Shown here: positions 28,856-37,494 of the stretch, one piece after another
Layout: every line of letters begins with the position of its first letter
How positions within the stretch are numbered: position 1 is the first letter of the stretch
NCBI GenBank assembly: GCA_041908165.1
Contig: JAYRFV010000065.1
Span: 11,954 to 75,953, forward strand
DNA length: 64,000 bases
Direction: 5' to 3'
From: Holophagales bacterium
GTDB lineage: Bacteria; Acidobacteriota; Holophagae; Holophagales; Holophagaceae
Notes under the pieces: generated by a model
Told to the model about the DNA's origin: nothing
Database searches by the model: none
The model's input: the letters and a program-made list of their open reading frames with translations, nothing else
Program-made: the position numbers and the translations under genes

Positions 28856-30369
28856 CCCGCCTGGGCGGGCTCCTCCTCCTGGGCTGGATCGCCCTCGCGG
28901 CCGGCTGCGCGCCGCAGCGCCCGGTCCAGGCCGCCCCGGTCGTCGCGATGCCCCCGCCCCCGGCGCCGCGGGAGTTCCGCGCCGCCTGGGTGGCCACGGT
29001 GGCCCACATCGACTGGCCCAGCGCCCGCGGTCTCTCCGTCGAGGCCCAGCAGGCCGAGGCGCGCGAGATCGTCGCCCGCGCCCGCGACCTCGGCCTCAAC
29101 GCCCTGATCTTCCAGGTCCGCCCCGCCGCCGACGCCCTGTACGCGTCGCCCCTGGAACCCTGGTCCGAGTACCTCACCGGCGAGCAGGGCAAGGCCCCGG
29201 CGAGCCCCTTCGATCCGCTCGGCTTCTGGATCGAGGAGGCCCACCGCGCCGGTCTTGAACTGCATGCCTGGTTCAACCCCTTCCGGGTGCGCCATCCCTC
29301 CGCCCGGTCGCCGCAGGCGCCCGGCCAGGTGGCGTCCACCCGCCCGGACCTGGTCCGCAGCTACGGCGACCAGCTCTGGCTGGACCCGGGCGAGCCCTGG
29401 GCGGTGGAGCACGTGCTGGCCGTGGTCCGGGACCTGGTGCGCCGCTACGACCTCGACGGCGTCCACTACGACGACTACTTCTACCCCTACCCCATCCTGG
29501 ATGCCGGCGGGCAGAAGGTCGATTTCCCCGACGACCGCGCCTGGCAGGCCTACCTGGACGGGGGCGGCAGCCTGCCCCGCGCCGACTGGCGGCGGCGGCA
29601 GGTGGACGGCTTCGTCGAGCGGCTGTACCGGGAAGTCCACCAGGAGAAGCCGCACGTGCGGGTCGGCGTGAGCCCCTTCGGCGTCGGCCGCCCGGACCGC
29701 CGGCCGCCGGGGGTGGTGGGCTTCAGCCAGTACGACGACCTCTACGCCAACGTCGAGCTCTGGCTGGAGCAGGGCTGGCTGGACTACCTGGCGCCGCAGC
29801 TGTACTGGAAGCTGGATTCCCCGGGGCAGCCCTTCGCGCCCCTCCTGGACACCTGGCTGGCGCAGAACCCCCTCAAGCGGCATATCTGGCCCGGGCTGTT
29901 CACCAGCCGGATGGGGCCGGACGGCCAGTGGCCGGCGGCCGAGCTCCTCGGCCAGATCCGGACCCTCCGCAGCCGCCCCGGCAGCGCCGGGCACGCGCAC
30001 TTCAGCGAAGTCGCCCTGCGCAAGGACTTCGGGGGCATCCGTGCCGCCCTCTCCCAGGCCTACGCCGGACCGGCCCTGGTGCCGGCCACGCCCTGGCTGG
30101 GTGGTGCACCGCCACCCGCGCCGGCGGTCCGACTGAAACCGGCGGAATCCGGCCGCGTCGGCCTCGAAGTGGGTTCCGAGGACCGCCCCTGGATCCTGGC
30201 GGTCTGGGGCCGCTACGGGGATCGCTGGCGGTTCTTCACCCTGCCCGGCGGGACGGGCACCCTCCCGGCGCAGGTGGACGGCGCGGACCTCGGCCCCGTG
30301 GTCGTCTCGGCGGTGGGACGCACGGGCCTCGAGAGCCCCAGGGTCGCCGCCCAGGAAGCACCGCGCTGA
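28825..30369 (+). CDS. GHL10/DUF187 (YngK-like) glycoside hydrolase-like lipoprotein (start +/- 30 nt)
   Basis: Lipobox LAAGC, then REFRAAWVATVAHIDWPS...LNALIFQVRPAADALY...HAWFNPFR. Confidence 0.75.
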   Translation: MEEAVVREGLTRLGGLLLLGWIALAAGCAPQRPVQAAPVVAMPPPPAPREFRAAWVATVAHIDWPSARGLSVEAQQAEAREIVARARDLGLNALIFQVRPAADALYASPLEPWSEYLTGEQGKAPASPFDPLGFWIEEAHRAGLELHAWFNPFRVRHPSARSPQAPGQVASTRPDLVRSYGDQLWLDPGEPWAVEHVLAVVRDLVRRYDLDGVHYDDYFYPYPILDAGGQKVDFPDDRAWQAYLDGGGSLPRADWRRRQVDGFVERLYREVHQEKPHVRVGVSPFGVGRPDRRPPGVVGFSQYDDLYANVELWLEQGWLDYLAPQLYWKLDSPGQPFAPLLDTWLAQNPLKRHIWPGLFTSRMGPDGQWPAAELLGQIRTLRSRPGSAGHAHFSEVALRKDFGGIRAALSQAYAGPALVPATPWLGGAPPPAPAVRLKPAESGRVGLEVGSEDRPWILAVWGRYGDRWRFFTLPGGTGTLPAQVDGADLGPVVVSAVGRTGLESPRVAAQEAPR

Positions 30370-30376
30370 GGTCGCA

Positions 30377-31297
30377 GTGGATCCCCGCCCCGCCCCGCCG
30401 CCCCTCGCCCTCGGAATCGACGCCGGCGGCACGGCCACCCGCTGGGCCCTCGCCGGCCCTTCGGCGACGATCCTGGCCGAGGGCGAGGTTCCCGGGTTCA
30501 GCGCCCTGGAGTTGCAGGGCCCCGGGCGCGAGCGGATCCGGGCCCTGCTCCAGGACCTGGCCGCGGCGGCCGGCACCCACGGCCGGCCGGGGCGCGCCCA
30601 CGCCGGCCTGACCGGGCTCGGAGCGGTCGACAGCGACCTGCCCGACTGGTTCGCCGGGGCCCTCGGGCTGCCCGCGGGGACGGTCACCCTGGGGGGCGAC
30701 CTGGAAACCACCTACCGGGACCTGTTCGCTCCCGGGGAGGGCTACGTGGTCTACGCCGGCACCGGGTCCGTGGCGGTCTTCATCGACGCGGAGGGCGCCC
30801 TCCACCGTGCCGGAGGCCGCGGCAACCTCCTCGACGACGGAGGCGGCGGGTTCTGGATCGCCCGGGAGGCCCTGCGCAGGGTCTGGCGCGCCGAGGACGA
30901 GCGGCCGGGCAGCTGGGAGTCCTCTCCCCTGGCCCGGGCCCTGTTCGACCAGATGGGGGGCGCCGACTGGGACTGCACCCGCCGGATCGTGTACGGCGGC
31001 GGCCGGGGGGAAGTGGGCCGCCTCGCCCTGGCGGTGGCACGGGCCGCCGCCGAGGACCCCGCCGCGCTGGGGAGCCTGCAGGCCGCGGGCGCGGAGCTGG
31101 CCCGGCTCGCCCAAGCCCTGGTGGGCCGCTACGGGCCGCGTCCGGTGGCGCTCACCGGGCGCGCCGCCGGCCTGCACCCCGCGATCGAGACGAACCTGAA
31201 GGCCGCCCTGCCCGCCGGGCTCCCCTTCAGCCACCGCCCGAGCCGCGGCCACCACGCCGCCGCCCGCCTCGCCCTGCGTGCCGGAGCCCAGCCATGA
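30377..31297 (+). CDS. BadF/BadG/BcrA/BcrD-type sugar kinase (GlcNAc/MurNAc kinase-like)
   Basis: LALGIDAGGTATRWAL, VVYAGTGSVAV, GGRGNLLDDGGGGFWIAREAL. Confidence 0.8.
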   Translation: MDPRPAPPPLALGIDAGGTATRWALAGPSATILAEGEVPGFSALELQGPGRERIRALLQDLAAAAGTHGRPGRAHAGLTGLGAVDSDLPDWFAGALGLPAGTVTLGGDLETTYRDLFAPGEGYVVYAGTGSVAVFIDAEGALHRAGGRGNLLDDGGGGFWIAREALRRVWRAEDERPGSWESSPLARALFDQMGGADWDCTRRIVYGGGRGEVGRLALAVARAAAEDPAALGSLQAAGAELARLAQALVGRYGPRPVALTGRAAGLHPAIETNLKAALPAGLPFSHRPSRGHHAAARLALRAGAQP

Positions 31298-32085
31298 GAC
31301 CCTCCAGCCTCGTCCCGGTCCTGGCCGCCATCCTGGCCCTGGGCTGCAGCCGCGGGCCGCGCATCGACTACGTCATCCCGGCGAAGAGCCAGGACAGCCG
31401 CGTGCAGTACCTGATCCTGCACTTCACCAACGAGGACTGGGAGTCGGCGATCCGGATCCTGGCCCACGGCAAGGTCAGCAGCCACTACCTGGTCCGCGAC
31501 CGGCCCGCGGAACTCGCCCGCCTGGTGGAGGAGGACCGGCGCGCCTACCACGCCGGCGTCAGTTCCTGGAAGGGCGACACCAACCTCAATGCGGCCTCGA
31601 TCGGCATCGAGATCGTCAACCGCGGCGACCTTCCCGACGCGGCCGGCAACCTCTATCCCGAGTACCCGGAGGCCCAGGTCCAGCTGGTCATCGGCCTGGT
31701 CAAGGACATCATCGTGCGCCACCGCATCCGCGGCGACCGGATCCTCGGCCACAGCGACATCGCGCCGCTGCGCAAGGTCGATCCAGGGCCGCGGTTCCCC
31801 TGGAAGCGGCTCGCGGAGGAAGGCCTCATCCCCTGGCCGGATGCCGCCGCCGTGGCCGCCGCGCGGCCCGCCTTCGAGGCCGCCCTGCCGGACGTCTCCT
31901 GGTTCCAGGCGAAGCTCGCCGAGCACGGCTTCGGCATCGCCCGCAGCGGCGCGCTGGACGAGGCCACCCGGCGCACCCTGGCGGCCTTCCAGATGAAGTA
32001 CCGCCCGGCCCGGTACGACGGCCAGCCCGACGCCGAGACCGCCGCCCTGCTGCAGGTGCTGACGGCCCCGGCCAGCCGCCCGTGA
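31294..32085 (+). CDS. amiD: N-acetylmuramoyl-L-alanine amidase (amidase_2, AmiD/AmpD type) lipoprotein with C-terminal PG-binding domain
   Basis: Lipobox LALGCS. HYLV...AYHAGVSSW...IGIEIVN...ILGHSDIAPLRKVDPGPRFPW. C-terminal LDEATRRTLAAFQMKY repeat. Confidence 0.85.
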   Translation: MRPSSLVPVLAAILALGCSRGPRIDYVIPAKSQDSRVQYLILHFTNEDWESAIRILAHGKVSSHYLVRDRPAELARLVEEDRRAYHAGVSSWKGDTNLNAASIGIEIVNRGDLPDAAGNLYPEYPEAQVQLVIGLVKDIIVRHRIRGDRILGHSDIAPLRKVDPGPRFPWKRLAEEGLIPWPDAAAVAAARPAFEAALPDVSWFQAKLAEHGFGIARSGALDEATRRTLAAFQMKYRPARYDGQPDAETAALLQVLTAPASRP

Positions 32086-32090
32086 ATGAA

Positions 32091-32116
32091 AAACCGGGGG
32101 GAGGTCCCCCCGGTTT
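32091..32116. terminator. Bidirectional rho-independent terminator between convergent amiD and the TonB receptor
   Basis: aaaccgggggg-agg-tccccccggttt: perfect GC-rich hairpin flanked by A-run and T-run. Confidence 0.8.
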
Positions 32117-32134
32117 CCGTCCGCTGCGGAACGT

Positions 32135-35068
32135 TCAGTACTGGAACCGCACGCCCAACTGGAAGCGGCGGGGGGACCAGAAGGACTGCAGCGCCATGAA
32201 GTTGGCATTGTTGGCCAGGCTCTGGACGTTGTAGCCGGTCTGCTTGTTGAAGACGTTGAAGCAGTCCGCCATAACCTCGATCCGGACCGCCTTCTTGACC
32301 AGGAAGGCCTGGGTGTACTTCAGGTCCATCTGGTAGTGGGAATCGGTCCGGCGAGAACCGGCCGGCTCGGCATAGCGGTTGGTGTCGCCGGTGGTGTAGC
32401 TGCTGCCGATCAGGGGCAGGTAGGGGGTGACCGACTGGATCTGCCAGGGCTGTCCGGACTGGTAGATCACCCACGCGCCGACCTGGGCGTTCCAGGGCAG
32501 GTTGTAGTTGGCCATCAGCTTCAGCAGGTGGCGCCGGTCGCCGGTGAGGTTGCCGTACTTGTTGTCCCAGATCTGCCGGCCGGGATCGTCGCCGATGTTC
32601 GAGGATCCGATGAACAGGTTGGCGTCGTTGCCGGTGGGCGTCGACGTGCTGTCCTGGTCGAAGTTGCCGTAGTAGTGGCTCCAGACGTAGGAGCCGCGGA
32701 AGTAGGCCTTCTCGCCGCGCCACTCGGCCTCGAGCCCGGCCTCGTAGTACTTGGTGAAGGCGCCCTGCATGTGGGCGATCACGAAGCTGCTGCCGCTGCC
32801 GATCTGCGCCAGCTTGGCGGTCAGGTCGGGGATGTACAGTTCGCGCGGGATGCCGTCCGGGGGATTGAAGGCCACCCGGGCGTTGTTGTTGGTGTCCTCC
32901 CAGAAGTTGTCGCTGTACCGGTAGCGCCCGTACAGACGGCCGGACCAGCCGCGGCCGAAGTCCTTGGTGGTGCCGACCAGGTACTCGTCGATGGCGCGGG
33001 GCTTCAGTCCGGCCTGGAACAGCTTGCCGGAGGAGGAGGCCTCCGGGGTGGAGCCGATGAAGATCCCGTTCGCGTCGAAGTAGGCATTGACCGTCGTGGC
33101 CTTGTTGCGCGCCCAGGAGGCGGCGCGAGGCAGCGAGGAGGCGGCCGGAACGTAGCGCGCGTAGTTGGCGTAGATGCTGTCCTGGCCGCGGTAGTTCCAG
33201 GTCACCCCGATGCGCGGCTGGAAGGTGTCCTTCCACTTGATCTCGTGCATCAGGTACTTGTTCCCGGGCGCCGCCACGAACCCGGAGAGGGCGTACGCAT
33301 CCCGCCGCAGGCCCTGGCCGTAGAGTTCGTCGTCGCTCATCAGGAAGCCGACGTTGAAGGTGAGGTCCTTCCAGCGGATCTTGTCGTTGACCTCGAAGTT
33401 GTAGGACACGTACTCGGACAGGATCGGCGGGACGCCGAGGATGCCCTGCTGCTGGACCTGGGCCTGGAAGATGGCGGTCTTGCCGTTGACCACCAGCGGC
33501 GTGGAGCGGAACGGGATGGACACGGCGCCCCAGCCGTTGGAATAGCGGTAGAGCTCTTCCCGGTCCTTCGACCACATGTACCCGAGGTGCAGTTCGTGGG
33601 TGACGGTGGACCCGAAGACCAGGTCGTAGGTCAGCTGCCAGCTCTGGCGGTAAAAGTCGTCGTTGTCGAACAGGGAGTTGGCGCCCACCAGGCCGCCCCC
33701 GTTGGTGTTGCCGGGGTAGCTGTAGGTGGCGATGTAGGGGGCGACGAGGGCGTTGTAGGCGATCTGCGCGGCGGTGAGGGTCGTTCCGGTCTGCCGCGTG
33801 GGCACGGTGAAGGCGCCCATGGTGTTCAGGGCACTGATGTTCAGGTTGACGCTGCCGTCGAGGGCCGGCTTGAAGCCGAGGATCGTATCCGGCGTCGCCT
33901 GGGTCTTCAGCCCGTAGTCGGTCATCTTGAAGTTGAAGAAGCTGTTGGGCGTGACCGACCAGGTGCCTTCGAGGATGCCGATCTCCTGGGTCGACTTGCC
34001 GCCGGTCCCCGCGGAGGGCTGCGTCGTGCCGCCGATGCTGTAGTGGCTGTACTTGCGGTCCGAGTTGCGGTAGCTGGCGTTGATCAGGATGTCGGAGGTG
34101 GGAGCCCAGGTGAGCTTGGCGAAGTACTCGTTGCGGGTGCTGTTCAGGTTCGGGACGTCACCGTAGACGTTCGACCGGTTCTGCTGGTCGAGGGTGGGCC
34201 GGTAGTAGGAGACGAAGAAGAACAGGTGCTCCTTCAGGATCGGGCCGCCGACGTGGCCCTGGAGGTAGGTGAGCGACTGCTCGTAGACCGAGAGGCTGAT
34301 CGTGGTGCGCTTCGCCACCCAGCTGTCCGGCATGACCTGGTAGGACAGCGCACCGGTGAAGGTGTTGGTGCCGGACTTGCTCACCGAGTTGACGGTGAAG
34401 CCCGCGGACCGGTTGAAGTCGGTGGCGGCGGCACCGCCCTTGCTGATGGCGATCTGGTCCATGTCGTGGGTCGCCGGTTCCGCCGACAGGGTGCCGAACA
34501 GCGGCAGGTTCACGTTGACGCCGTCGAACTTGTAGACGTTGTCCTGGCCGCTGCCGCCGGCGCTGGGGCCGCGCACGGCATCCTGGGTGTGCTGCACGCC
34601 CGGGATCAGCTTGAGCAGGTCGCGGTAGTCGTGGCCCACAGGCAGGCTGTTCATGACATCGGCACTGATGGCCGTCTTCAGCTCCGAGGAGGTGCGATCC
34701 ACCAGGTTGGCCTGGGCCACCACCTCCACCTCGGCGCCGGCCACCTGGGCCTCCGAAAGGGTGACGTTGAGCGCGGTGTTCTGCTGGAGCAGGACTTCGG
34801 CGCTGCGCTTGGCGGGCATCATGCCGCTCTGGACGAAGGTCAGGGTGTAGGTGCCCGGGGGAAGGAAGGGCAGCCGGTACTCGCCGTTCTCGCCGGTGAC
34901 CACCTTGCGGGGCTGGGGCAGGACGTTGGAGGCCGCCTCGATCTGGACGCCCTTGAGGGCGCGCCCGTTCTTCGCGACCACCTTGCCGACGATGGCACCG
35001 GTCTGCTGGGCGAAAGCCGGGAGGGCCACCAGGATGACCGCCAGGGAACCCCAGTTCCTTCTGTTCAT
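32135..35068 (-). CDS. TonB-dependent outer-membrane receptor with N-terminal carboxypeptidase-regulatory-like domain
   Basis: Signal MNRRNWGSLAVILVALPAFAQQ. GAIVGKVVAKNGRALKGVQIEA...GEYRLPFLPPGTYTL. Long beta-barrel ending ...QLGVRFQY. Confidence 0.9.
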   Translation of the reverse strand: MNRRNWGSLAVILVALPAFAQQTGAIVGKVVAKNGRALKGVQIEAASNVLPQPRKVVTGENGEYRLPFLPPGTYTLTFVQSGMMPAKRSAEVLLQQNTALNVTLSEAQVAGAEVEVVAQANLVDRTSSELKTAISADVMNSLPVGHDYRDLLKLIPGVQHTQDAVRGPSAGGSGQDNVYKFDGVNVNLPLFGTLSAEPATHDMDQIAISKGGAAATDFNRSAGFTVNSVSKSGTNTFTGALSYQVMPDSWVAKRTTISLSVYEQSLTYLQGHVGGPILKEHLFFFVSYYRPTLDQQNRSNVYGDVPNLNSTRNEYFAKLTWAPTSDILINASYRNSDRKYSHYSIGGTTQPSAGTGGKSTQEIGILEGTWSVTPNSFFNFKMTDYGLKTQATPDTILGFKPALDGSVNLNISALNTMGAFTVPTRQTGTTLTAAQIAYNALVAPYIATYSYPGNTNGGGLVGANSLFDNDDFYRQSWQLTYDLVFGSTVTHELHLGYMWSKDREELYRYSNGWGAVSIPFRSTPLVVNGKTAIFQAQVQQQGILGVPPILSEYVSYNFEVNDKIRWKDLTFNVGFLMSDDELYGQGLRRDAYALSGFVAAPGNKYLMHEIKWKDTFQPRIGVTWNYRGQDSIYANYARYVPAASSLPRAASWARNKATTVNAYFDANGIFIGSTPEASSSGKLFQAGLKPRAIDEYLVGTTKDFGRGWSGRLYGRYRYSDNFWEDTNNNARVAFNPPDGIPRELYIPDLTAKLAQIGSGSSFVIAHMQGAFTKYYEAGLEAEWRGEKAYFRGSYVWSHYYGNFDQDSTSTPTGNDANLFIGSSNIGDDPGRQIWDNKYGNLTGDRRHLLKLMANYNLPWNAQVGAWVIYQSGQPWQIQSVTPYLPLIGSSYTTGDTNRYAEPAGSRRTDSHYQMDLKYTQAFLVKKAVRIEVMADCFNVFNKQTGYNVQSLANNANFMALQSFWSPRRFQLGVRFQY

Positions 35069-35240
35069 GCGCAACTCCTTAGTTAGAGGGGGGGGTGGGT
35101 TCAAGCGTTTCAAACACGCGGGCTGTGGAGGGGTTGTCGCGAGTGTACAGCGTTCATGCGGCGGTGCCTACGCCTACTCGGGCAGCGCCGGGGCGTTCCC
35201 GCGCATAGGCCCGGAAACAGGCAAGCGATCGGCGACTCCA

Positions 35241-36725
35241 TCAGCCGGCGGTGCCGGACGGCCCGCCTCCCCGAAGGATCCGGCAGGCATTGCCCACACA
35301 CAGCGTCGCGGCGCAGCCGATCAGGGTGTGCCAGGTGAAATCGATGCGGGTGAAGGCCAGCACCAGGATCATGGCCAGCAGTCCCCCGATGAACCCCAGG
35401 AGCGCATCGATCAGGCCCGTGCGCGGAAAGAAAAGGCCCAGGAAGAAGGTCCCGAGCAGGCCTCCGTAGGTGAAGGAGGCGATCTTCAGGCCCAGTTCGA
35501 CCACCGGATTGCGCGTATCGGTGAACAGCAGCGCGCCGCCGATCAGGAGGGCGCCCCAGAGCAGCGTGAACAGGCGGGACCAGCGCACCTGGCCTCGCTC
35601 GTCCAGGTTCCGGCCCCGGTCCGTGGACTTGAACAGGTCCAGGAAGGTGGAGGAGGCCAGCGAACTGATCGAGGAGGACAGGGTGCCCATGGCCGAGGCC
35701 AGCACGCCGGCCACCACCAGCCCCGCCAAGCCGGTCGGCAGGTTCTCGACGATGAACTTGGGAAACACCTCGTCGGAGGACTTCAGGCCCAGCTGCGCCA
35801 AGCTGGCGCCGCCGTAGTAGGCGTACAGGCACAACCCCAGCACCAGGAAGAAGGCGAACTGGACGACGATGAAGGCGGCGTCGAGGATCAGCGCGCGCTG
35901 GCTCTCGGCGCGGTTTCGGCAGCCCAGCAGCCGCTGCACCAGCATCTGGTCGGTGCCGTGGGAGGCCATGGTCAGGAAGGTCCCACCCAGCAGCCCGCCC
36001 AGCAGCGTGTAGGGGGTGGCGAGGAAGTCCAGGATTCCGCCCCCGCCGCCAAGGTTGACCAGGGCGAACTTGTCCTGCCCGCCGGCCCGGGCGAAGGCCG
36101 CCACGTCGGCCCAGCCGTGCGGCAGCCGGTGCAGGATCAGGACCATCGCGGCCGCCGCGCCGCCCAGGTAGATGAACAGCTGCACCACGTCCATGGCCAC
36201 CACCGCCTTCAGCCCGCCCAGGTAGGTGTACAGCAGCGTGAAGCCGCCGATCAGCAGGATGCTGGCCGGGTAGTCCAGGCCGGTGATCAGGTGCACAGGG
36301 ATGGCGGTGGCGAACAGGCGGACGCCCGAGGCCAGCACCCGGGTGACGATGAACACGCTGGAGGTGAACTTCCGCAGCGGCAGGCCGAAGCGCCGGCCGA
36401 GGAAGTCGTAGGCAGTCTCCAGGTCGCCGCGGTGGTAGGCCGGGATGAACACGGCGGCGACGATCAGCCGTCCGATGAAATAGCCCACCGCCAGCTGGAG
36501 GAAGTGCAGGTTGCCCCGGTAGGCCAGGCCCGGGATGCTGATGAAGGTGAGGGTGCTGGTCTCGCTGGCGACAATGCTGAAACCCACCGACCACCACGAA
36601 AGCTGCTTGCCGCCCAGGAAATAGTCGCGGGGGCTCCTCTGCCGCCCGGAGATCAGGATCCCGGCAACGGTCACGCCCACCAGGTACAGGGCGACGATGG
36701 CATGGTCGAGGAAGGTGAATCCCAC
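35241..36725 (-). CDS. Sodium:solute symporter (SSF) family transporter
   Basis: MGFTFLDHAIVALYLVGVTVAGILISGRQRSPRDYFLGGKQLSWWSVGFSIVASETSTLTFISIPG. About 13 TM. Confidence 0.88.
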   Translation of the reverse strand: MGFTFLDHAIVALYLVGVTVAGILISGRQRSPRDYFLGGKQLSWWSVGFSIVASETSTLTFISIPGLAYRGNLHFLQLAVGYFIGRLIVAAVFIPAYHRGDLETAYDFLGRRFGLPLRKFTSSVFIVTRVLASGVRLFATAIPVHLITGLDYPASILLIGGFTLLYTYLGGLKAVVAMDVVQLFIYLGGAAAAMVLILHRLPHGWADVAAFARAGGQDKFALVNLGGGGGILDFLATPYTLLGGLLGGTFLTMASHGTDQMLVQRLLGCRNRAESQRALILDAAFIVVQFAFFLVLGLCLYAYYGGASLAQLGLKSSDEVFPKFIVENLPTGLAGLVVAGVLASAMGTLSSSISSLASSTFLDLFKSTDRGRNLDERGQVRWSRLFTLLWGALLIGGALLFTDTRNPVVELGLKIASFTYGGLLGTFFLGLFFPRTGLIDALLGFIGGLLAMILVLAFTRIDFTWHTLIGCAATLCVGNACRILRGGGPSGTAG

Positions 36726-36750
36726 GCGCAGCCTCGGGACGGGGCGGCCC

Positions 36751-37494
36751 TCAGCCGCCGGACTGGAGGCGGTTGAGCTTCGCCTCGAGGTTGTGCAGGA
36801 TCCGCAGGTCGAGAGGGTCCAGCTGGTCGGCCTTCTCGCCCCGGTAGTGCAGGCGGAAGGCGCGGATGGTCGCGGTCCGGTCCTTGAGGCTGTACCCGAT
36901 GCGCAGCAGGGCCCGGTCCGCGTCGAAGCCTGTAGGCGGCTCCGGCGGGTCCAGGTCCGGCCACAGCCCGAAGCCGCGCTCGGCCAGGCGGCGCCAGGGG
37001 AACAGCCCGCTGGGATCGCTCTTCCGCACCGGCTCCACGTCGGCGTGGCCCACCACCTGGTGCGGCGGGATCCGGTGCCGGCGTGTGAGGTCCTCCAGCA
37101 GCACCAGCAGCCGGTCGATCTGCACGTCCGGGAAGGGCTCGAACCCGTTGTTGTCCAGCTCGATGCCCACGGAGAGGGAATTGATGTCCCGGTAGGGCCC
37201 CCAGGTCCCGGTGCCGGCGTGCCAGGCCCGCTGGTCCTCGCTGACCAGCTGGGCGAGGCGGCCGTCGCGCCCGATCAGGTAGTGGGCGCTCACCGGGCCG
37301 CCGTCGTTGCGGGTCTGCAGCAGCTTGAGGGCGCCTTCGAAGGTGTTCCCGGCGGTGTGGTGCAGCACCACCAGCAGCGGCCGGCGCGGGTTGAAGTTGG
37401 GCGAGGGCAGCCATTCCGCCAGGGGATTGCGCGGCGGCCGGCAGGCCGCCAGCGCCAGCAGCAGGAGGGCGGCCAGCGGCCGGGCCGGCCTCAC
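36751..37494 (-). CDS. Second amidase_2-type N-acetylmuramoyl-L-alanine amidase lipoprotein
   Basis: Lipobox LALAAC. VVLHHTAG...SAHYLIGRDG...AWHAGTGTWG...SVGIELDNNG...VVGHADVEPVRKSDPSGLFPW. GTG at 37494 overlaps the upstream stop (GTGA). Confidence 0.85.
   Translation of the reverse strand: MRPARPLAALLLLALAACRPPRNPLAEWLPSPNFNPRRPLLVVLHHTAGNTFEGALKLLQTRNDGGPVSAHYLIGRDGRLAQLVSEDQRAWHAGTGTWGPYRDINSLSVGIELDNNGFEPFPDVQIDRLLVLLEDLTRRHRIPPHQVVGHADVEPVRKSDPSGLFPWRRLAERGFGLWPDLDPPEPPTGFDADRALLRIGYSLKDRTATIRAFRLHYRGEKADQLDPLDLRILHNLEAKLNRLQSGG

Noticed and set aside
35105-35119. Shared regulatory motif between the ilvB dyad (GCGTGTTTGAACACGC) and gcgtttcaaacacgc upstream of the TonB receptor
   Set aside because: There are only two occurrences. 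The second is an imperfect dyad with a missing base pair, and the two genes have no functional link. This is insufficient to propose a regulon without a genome-wide search.
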